This document shows, piece by piece, positions 57,801 to 64,000 of a DNA stretch of 64,000 bases. The notes beneath the pieces were generated by a model that did no database searches, was not told the DNA's origin, and saw only the letters and a program-made list of their open reading frames with translations. The stretch lies in assembly GCA_002269645.1 (NCBI GenBank), contig NIVC01002631.1, positions 90,412-154,411 on the forward strand. The letters run 5' to 3'. Positions within the stretch are counted from its first letter, which is position 1; each line of letters begins with the position of its first letter. The position numbers and the translations under genes are program-made. The stretch comes from Macrostomum lignano. Taxonomy: Eukaryota.

Positions 57801-59126
57801 ACTCCCTGTGCAGCCTGGCGCTGGCCTCGCCCGCCTTGGCCCAGTCCGATTCGGACAGCGGCGGCCGCGCGTTCGGATCGATCAGCGGCTGGCCGAGATG
57901 GCCGTCCGGCGCCGATGAAAGTCGCTCGGACACGCGGCTGATGAAACGATTGAACAGCTGGGCTGTGGAGTGGTGTAGAGTTCAGATTAGATGTAGAGAT
58001 TAGACGATGGGTAGATTCGGCCAGCGAGGAAGTAGATTCGGCCAGCGAGGAAGTAGATTCGGACAGCGAGGAAGTAGATTCGGCCAGCGAGGAAGTAGAT
58101 TCGGACAGCGAGGGAGTAGATTCGGACAGTGAGAGGGTAGATTCGGACAGCGAGGATGAGTAGATACGGATAGCGAAGGGGCAGATTTGGACAGCGAGAA
58201 CGGGTAGAATCGGACAGCGAGAACGGGTAGAATCGGACAGCGAGAACGGGTAGAATCGGACAGCGAGAACGGGTAGAATCGGACAGCGAGAACGGGTAGA
58301 ATCGGACAGCGAGAACGGGTAGAATCGGACAGCGAGAATGGGTAGAATCGGACAGCGAGAACGGGTAGAATCGGACAGCGAGAACGGGTAGAATCGGACA
58401 GCGAGAATGGGTAGAATCGGACAGCGAGAATGGGTAGAATCGGACAGCGAGAACGGGTAGAATCGGACAGCGAGAATGGGTAGAATCGGACAGCGAGAGA
58501 GGATAGATAATGTCGATTCAACACAACCCCTAGGTGTTCCAATTCATATACTGATATGGCAAGTCCCCAGGTCAGTTCTCACCTGCCGTCACTTCATCAG
58601 GCGGTCGGCCCAGCTCCAGCGCAGCGGCTGCCAGTCGCAGGTGGGCGCCCACCTCTGACTCCTGCGTTGCAGCAGCGGCAGCCGCAGCGGCGGCGGAGCC
58701 CCGCAGCAGAGCCGGGCGAGTTCGCAGCAGCAGCCGGGCCGCCTGCACCTCAGTAGCCAGAAACTGCAGCAGCAGCTGCCTCGCTGCCGGGTCAGCCAAT
58801 TTCTGGCCAATAGACACGCCGCTACTAGTAGTAAGACAGGCATATGGACAGCCGTATTCGCGCAGAAATCCAGTCAATTCCATGTGAAATGCTTCAACTG
58901 TGTCGGCATTGTTTTCCTTGTTGGATAATAATTCCGGTTCTGTTATGGACTCTTCTACGCCGTGAAGGCCACACAGCTCGGCAGATAGGCGAGCAACTAA
59001 TCTAGTAAAGCTGTTAGAATTCGATCCCGATTCTAAGGCAGTAGTCAGACCAGATTCCCCACCAATGTCAGTCAGTAGGCCAAGATCTTCTAACACATCG
59101 GCCAATTCTTTACAGTCTGATGACAT
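54863..59126 (-). CDS. FAM98: FAM98-family protein with RGG/Gln-rich C-terminus, 3 exons, one apparent 1-nt frameshift
   Basis: Exons 59126-58583, 57962-57548, 55297-54863. FHMELTGFLREYGCPY, LLLQFLATEVQAARL, EY..RRRLLL.RLD.TISSFFWSDR, VNK/IRMGTVPDRGGR, EPPPPEMP. One extra G at 57583-57585 restores the frame. Confidence 0.88.
55425..57505 (+). repeat. 39-bp minisatellite, about 53 copies (FAM98 intron 2)
   Basis: Unit GAGCTGAACTGGGATATTTTCGGGATTTATTGAGGATCA; explains the 394-aa and 270-aa LRIRAELGYFRDL ORFs. Confidence 0.97.
58010..58500 (+). repeat. 20-23-bp minisatellite (FAM98 intron 1)
   Basis: Unit GAGAACGGGTAGAATCGGACAGC, preceded by the 20-bp variant GAGGAAGTAGATTCGGCCAGC. Confidence 0.93.
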
Positions 59127-60334
59127 TTTTACAACAGAAATATTTTAACGCCACAGACACTTTTTTAGCACTGATGAGTTTGTGTCCTACAATACAGGTA
59201 CATTAAAAATGTCCCATAAAGAAAAATAAGTGAAATGTTTATATAATGTTTTCCCTTTCAAATAGTCAAATAGTATTTAGCATGCTTGCTTTTAACAAAC
59301 TTAAACTATATACATAAAGATATACCATTTTTCATAATTGCAAATTTATTTTTTAACATTTCATTTCCTTTTTAGACTCCAGTGCAATATAGATTCAATT
59401 TGCAAGTTGCTTTCATAGTGTAATGCATCTAAAAATTCTAATAAATGCCTATTATCTAGTTGAACTTAAAAAATGAACTCCTATGGCATAGTATACCTAA
59501 ATCTTCTAGGGGTCTAAAGTGTGTCTGCAGGTTTTCTAAAAGCACCTAGCATGCATTTATGAGTTTTTAATAAAAATTCCAATAAGGTTTTGTTTTTGCC
59601 TTTGAACTATCATATATACTTTTTCTGATATACTCGTAATAAAACAATTAATACTTTTTAGTGCCTATCATAGGCCTATGTTTAACTATTTTCTTTAGGA
59701 ATTGTAGTTTCTATTTAGTTTAATGATAAATACCATAATAGATTCAATGGACAGATTGGTAATAAATTAAAAACTGCCAACTAGTGAAACTTGGTGAATG
59801 GATAGTCTTACAGATAAAAAATCAACAATAAACAATGGTTATAAGTGTAGCAGCAAATAGGTAGCCACCCATGGTTTTAGTATTGCACTAAGATAATTGA
59901 GTTATAAATGCTTGAGTTAATAAGTCTACTATATCTATCCTATATTGATTGACCACTGAATAAGTCTACCTATCTAACTAATAGTTATACTTTATACCAG
60001 AGACAAATCTTTCAAGCTATATCATTGTATATCAATTTGAAGTAAAAAATTTTAAGAAAATAATTAAATGTGCAAAATTAAGACCCATCTAGATAACTTT
60101 TTTATTTAACCAATATCTATAGTCCAATATGCTTTTTTTAGCTTTTTATAATAAATCTAATATAGATAAAATAGCCAAAACCTAAAAACCTTTGAATTTG
60201 CAATAAAGCCAAAAAGTTAGTTTTAGGCTTAAAATATATAAGGATACGAGGCCAACTCCTCTGTTGGAGGAGAAAGGGGAAGAACTCCCATCACCAGAAT
60301 TCATCAGCTAAATCCTATGACCCAAATCCCATCA

Positions 60335-60720
60335 TCCAAGTCCTCTCTAAAATCCATCAAAATCCTCTCTGTGAAACAGAAATCCATCAAAATTCCCTCC
60401 GTGAAACAGAACTCTATCAAAATCCTCTCCATGAAATAGAACTCCATTAAAATCCTCTCCGTGAAACAGAAATCTATCAAAATTCCCTCTGTGAAACAGA
60501 ACTCCATCAAAATCCTCTCCGTGAAACTTAAATCCATCAAAATTCCCTCCATGAAACAGAAATCTATCAAAATCCTCTCTGTGAAACAGAACTCCATCAA
60601 AATCCTCTCCGTGAAACTCAAATCCACTAAAATCCTCTCTGTGAAACCGATATTCATCAAAATTCACTCTGTTAAACGAATATCTATCAATATTATCTCC
60701 TTCAAGCAAAAATCCATCAA
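60335..60720 (+). repeat. 30-bp minisatellite, about 13 copies
   Basis: Unit AAATCCATCAAAATCCTCTCTGTGAAACAG. Confidence 0.9.
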
Positions 60721-62347
60721 TTTAATCAACAGACTCTGTTAAATTGGAGTGTATTAAAAACGCTTTCTAATTGTCTGGCTTAAATATATGCAAAGAAAAG
60801 GATTCAATGGTTAGGGTTAGGGTTAGAGCTGCAAAGTACTGCCTGTTGAAAGGCGCTGATAATATAGTTAGAAGTTGAAGCCCCAAATTTATCTATTGCA
60901 TCTCGCAAAAATGAGTACAATATTTGCAGAAAGTTAAAAGTATGGAAATTGTTTTTTGAATACTGTGCTTTTAGTTTTCATACTTAAAGCAAACAACTTA
61001 TATCAGCATTGAAAGATCTTTCCAGCAATATAAGTCTCTTCTTTCAAAGTTCAAAACTTGAGGAACAGTTTGCGTTTGAAATTTCCCAGTTTAAAGCATT
61101 GAATATGTGTGACATACATTCACTGCCTACTACAGTGAGAGGCTTGCAAGTTTATGCATTGAATTTCACTGCCCGCCAGTTAGCAAGGGTCCAAGTATAT
61201 ACACGCAGCCACTTAGAATGCCCCCATCCCCCCACTGGAGAGAAAATACACTGCCGAGATAGGAAAAAGTTGTGGCGCAGTCACTCAAAACTGATGCAAA
61301 TTTTCAGTTCAGAGCAGAAAAAGTGGCCAAAGAAGGTTAAGAAAACAGTTTTCTGCTTTTTTAATAGACTTAATTTTGAAAACTTCAACATTAAAATAGC
61401 CTATTTGTTGCGTAGGAAAATTTTACATTGATATATATAAGTCCTGCATTTGAGTTGCCAGCCATTTAGGAGGAGATATGCGTAAAACCCAGCCAGTCGA
61501 TTGATTGATCCACTCAGCTTTAGATATAAGATAACATTGCTAATGTTGGCCAAATTTTGGTATATTTCCTTTCTAGAATTAAATAATTGTAATCAATATA
61601 ATAATAATTATGAAAGTTTGTTATCCTATATTACCCATAGTATGTTCCCTAATAGGGTTTTAAATTTGCTTCTTATATGCTTATTTCTTTTTACTCCCTT
61701 GCCTTTCATGCAATGCATGTTTTGTTTATTTATCCAATTTTCCTTCCATTGTAAGTCACTGCCAATAGCATGCCTTTGTTCTTAGCTTTATTTTGCTAGT
61801 GCCTTTCAGTGTGATCTACTGTCAACCAAATAAATAAGGTATAATTTAATAGAATCAATCTAACTAGCTAATCTATTGTTTATATTGATTTTATCTGACT
61901 AAGTTTTGATTGCTAACTTTATTTGCTATCTGCCAAGGAAGCATTTGCTTAGCATTATACCACTATTATTTGCAAGAGGTTAGCAAAATAGGTGGCAATG
62001 CCTCTTTGCTGTTTCTAGACACATGGAACCCCTTGCAGCTAAGTCAAGTAAATAGGTATACTACTACTATTACATCACTAATATTGTTATAAATAGGCAA
62101 AATTTGTAATAAGAGACTACAATTTTTTCAAAACTTTTGCTTTTTACATATGCCTTTGTTCTTTTAATCTTTTTAAAATAGACATAATTTAACATAGTAG
62201 GTCCTATAAAAGTTGTTTTCTAAATAGGAACAATAAAATAAACTTATTGACAAAATAAACACTTCTATATTAAATTTCAATTTTGTTAAAATTACAAATA
62301 GGCCTATATCTAGACTAAATTCAAAAATTAAAAGATTAATTAAGATA

Positions 62348-63228
62348 GTATTCCACCATAGCCATAGCTTTGGCTATGGAATCTTATGGCAAATATGATA
62401 AAATAGGTGCCTATGTTAGCTATAGATATGCCTATGTTAGCTAGCTAGGCCCCATAGTCTGGATCATGCTGGGTGCACGCCTGAACAAAAATTGAATAAT
62501 TACAAATGCACGCCGAAAAAAATTAGTGCATGCCTATTCTCAAAAATATGCCAGTGTTGCGACGATAAATGACCTTTTTTATGTTGTGACAATAAAAGAC
62601 CTTTTTTCAATTGCATAATAGACCCTTATTATTAGATAATTTTGTTGCTTTTAAGGCTTTTTGGGCGATACTATTTACAGTGGAAAGTTTATACACGCAA
62701 AGATTTGTTTAAATACTCTTTTACGAGCTGGAAAAAACCGGAAAGCTTGAAATTTATGCCTAAAAATGAACTTTTTTTCATCTTTTTTCTACTTTACAAT
62801 AACTCTTACGCATGATTCTATAAAGTGTACGCCAGGTGGGCACGCATACTTTTTCTCAGGAGTGATGCATGCCAACTGTGCACGCCTAATTTTGGCATGC
62901 AAGGCCAATGCACGCCTTAATTTTTGGGTGTATACTTCATGATCTGGAGTGTGGGCTAGGCCTACTCTTATGGCTATATAGAAATATGATAGTTGCTACC
63001 ACATTCTATAGATTCCCATAGCTATAGTTATTATTTTAAAAAATTGAAAAAAATAGCCCCCCCTATTAGAAACAGGTAGAGTAAAACAAAGATACTTTAG
63101 TAAACTATATTATCAAAGTAATAATGGGATCCTAGTCCCTACGGCTATGGAATATGGAGAATTGGAATAACCATAGTTTTGCTTATGGCTACAGCTACAG
63201 TACATGGACCCTCCTTATGGCGGAACAC
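62348..63228. mobile_element. Degenerate TA-flanked (Tc1/mariner-like) MITE
   Basis: Ends GTATTCCACCATA / TATGGCGGAACAC, each flanked by TA. A related end, TATGGCGGAATAC-TA, occurs at about 44467-44481. Confidence 0.45.
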
Positions 63229-63282
63229 TAAATATTTTTGTGAGAAATGAGAATTATATTTATGCTGTTGAGACCCTATCTC

Positions 63283-63678
63283 TAGAGGTCGGACGGGATC
63301 CCGATCCTGATCCCGAAATCTCGGAACCCGAGGAAAATTGAATTCCCGCGGCGACAGAATCCCGACCCTAAAAACTCGAGATTCGGGAACAGGTCTTTCG
63401 ATTAATAATTTATAGAATTAGTGATTACTTGAAGGTATTTTGCTTTAACTTGTACTCGTTACATTATTTACTTTGTTGGTTACAAAACTTCATATCAATT
63501 TCATTGTGTTTTACTTCTTGATCTTGACAATCTTTCTCAATTTTGTTTAACTTTACATGGACAATACACTAAAAGACCTGATCCCGATTCCCGAATCCCG
63601 ATCCTGATCCCGATCCCGAGAAAAAAATTATTCCCGATCCCGATCCCGCCCGAAGATTTCAATCCTGTCCGACCTCTA
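63283..63678. mobile_element. hAT-type MITE, 396 bp
   Basis: 17-bp TIRs TAGAGGTCGGACGGGAT / ATCCTGTCCGACCTCTA (1 mismatch); exact 8-bp TSD CCTATCTC (63275-82, 63679-86); subterminal CCCGAT/CCCGA repeats. Confidence 0.88.
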
Positions 63679-64000
63679 CCTATCTCTAATGTTAAATAGA
63701 TTCTATATTAGGGACACAGAGCTACCCTCCATGTTTAAGTGTAAACTTTTTAATAGGAGTCTATTAATGACATGGCTGCTGGTACTATAAAGACTTCATT
63801 GACATAGCCATTGGCAATGCTGTCTCTAGTGGGAGATGTGTTCTATATTGTATAGACTAGACTGTGAATGGTCAACCCACTTTGTAAAAGTCAATAATGG
63901 CAAAAATGATTTTGCAGTATATTTTTTGTCTAGGCCGAGGCCCAAACTTAGGAGTCTTGTAACTGGCTTGTAATTCTAAATTCTAATTTTCTGCCAATGG

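Noticed and set aside
8072-60720. Possible bias of array periods toward multiples of 3
   Set aside because: About half of the arrays have non-triplet periods (4, 20, 23, 23, 23, 37, 40, 53); the sample is too small to claim a bias.
60809-60826. GGTTAGGGTTAGGGTTAG telomere-like tract
   Set aside because: Only about 3 units; too short to call an interstitial telomere or healing site.
61009-61785. 140-aa and 94-aa ORFs in AT-rich DNA
   Set aside because: Non-ATG starts, no motifs, and composition typical of non-coding sequence.
62450-62955. Possible nested Harbinger-like element inside the TA-flanked MITE
   Set aside because: The putative TIRs match only about 60 percent and there is no convincing TSD.

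Overview
Eukaryotic (metazoan) genomic DNA. GC-rich Ala/Gly/Pro-rich exons and minisatellite-filled introns resemble the flatworm Macrostomum, but the organism is an inference. Protein-coding content: a 14-exon supervillin-like gene (+, 6137-27163, about 1769 aa), an orphan multi-pass membrane gene and a Gly/Ala-rich orphan exon (-), an intronless atypical Rho-family GTPase with degenerate G-motifs (+), and a co-directional minus-strand run of FAM98, ATP5F1E, DNLZ, a small Cys-rich ORF, a PhyH-family dioxygenase and DDOST/OST48. Mobile DNA: two complete Ty3/Gypsy LTR retrotransposons with TSDs and the same PBS (one old and decayed; one with identical 214-bp LTRs sitting inside an intronic tandem array), plus several hAT-type MITEs with 8-bp TSDs. 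The most striking feature is that most introns and the 3' flanks of three genes hold their own tandem array. These arrays are C-rich/G-poor on the sense strand, flip with gene orientation, and fall into locally related families. Two of them are homotypic arrays of perfect AP-1 heptamers. All gene models were built by hand from GT/AG sites and reading-frame continuity, without databases or transcript data.
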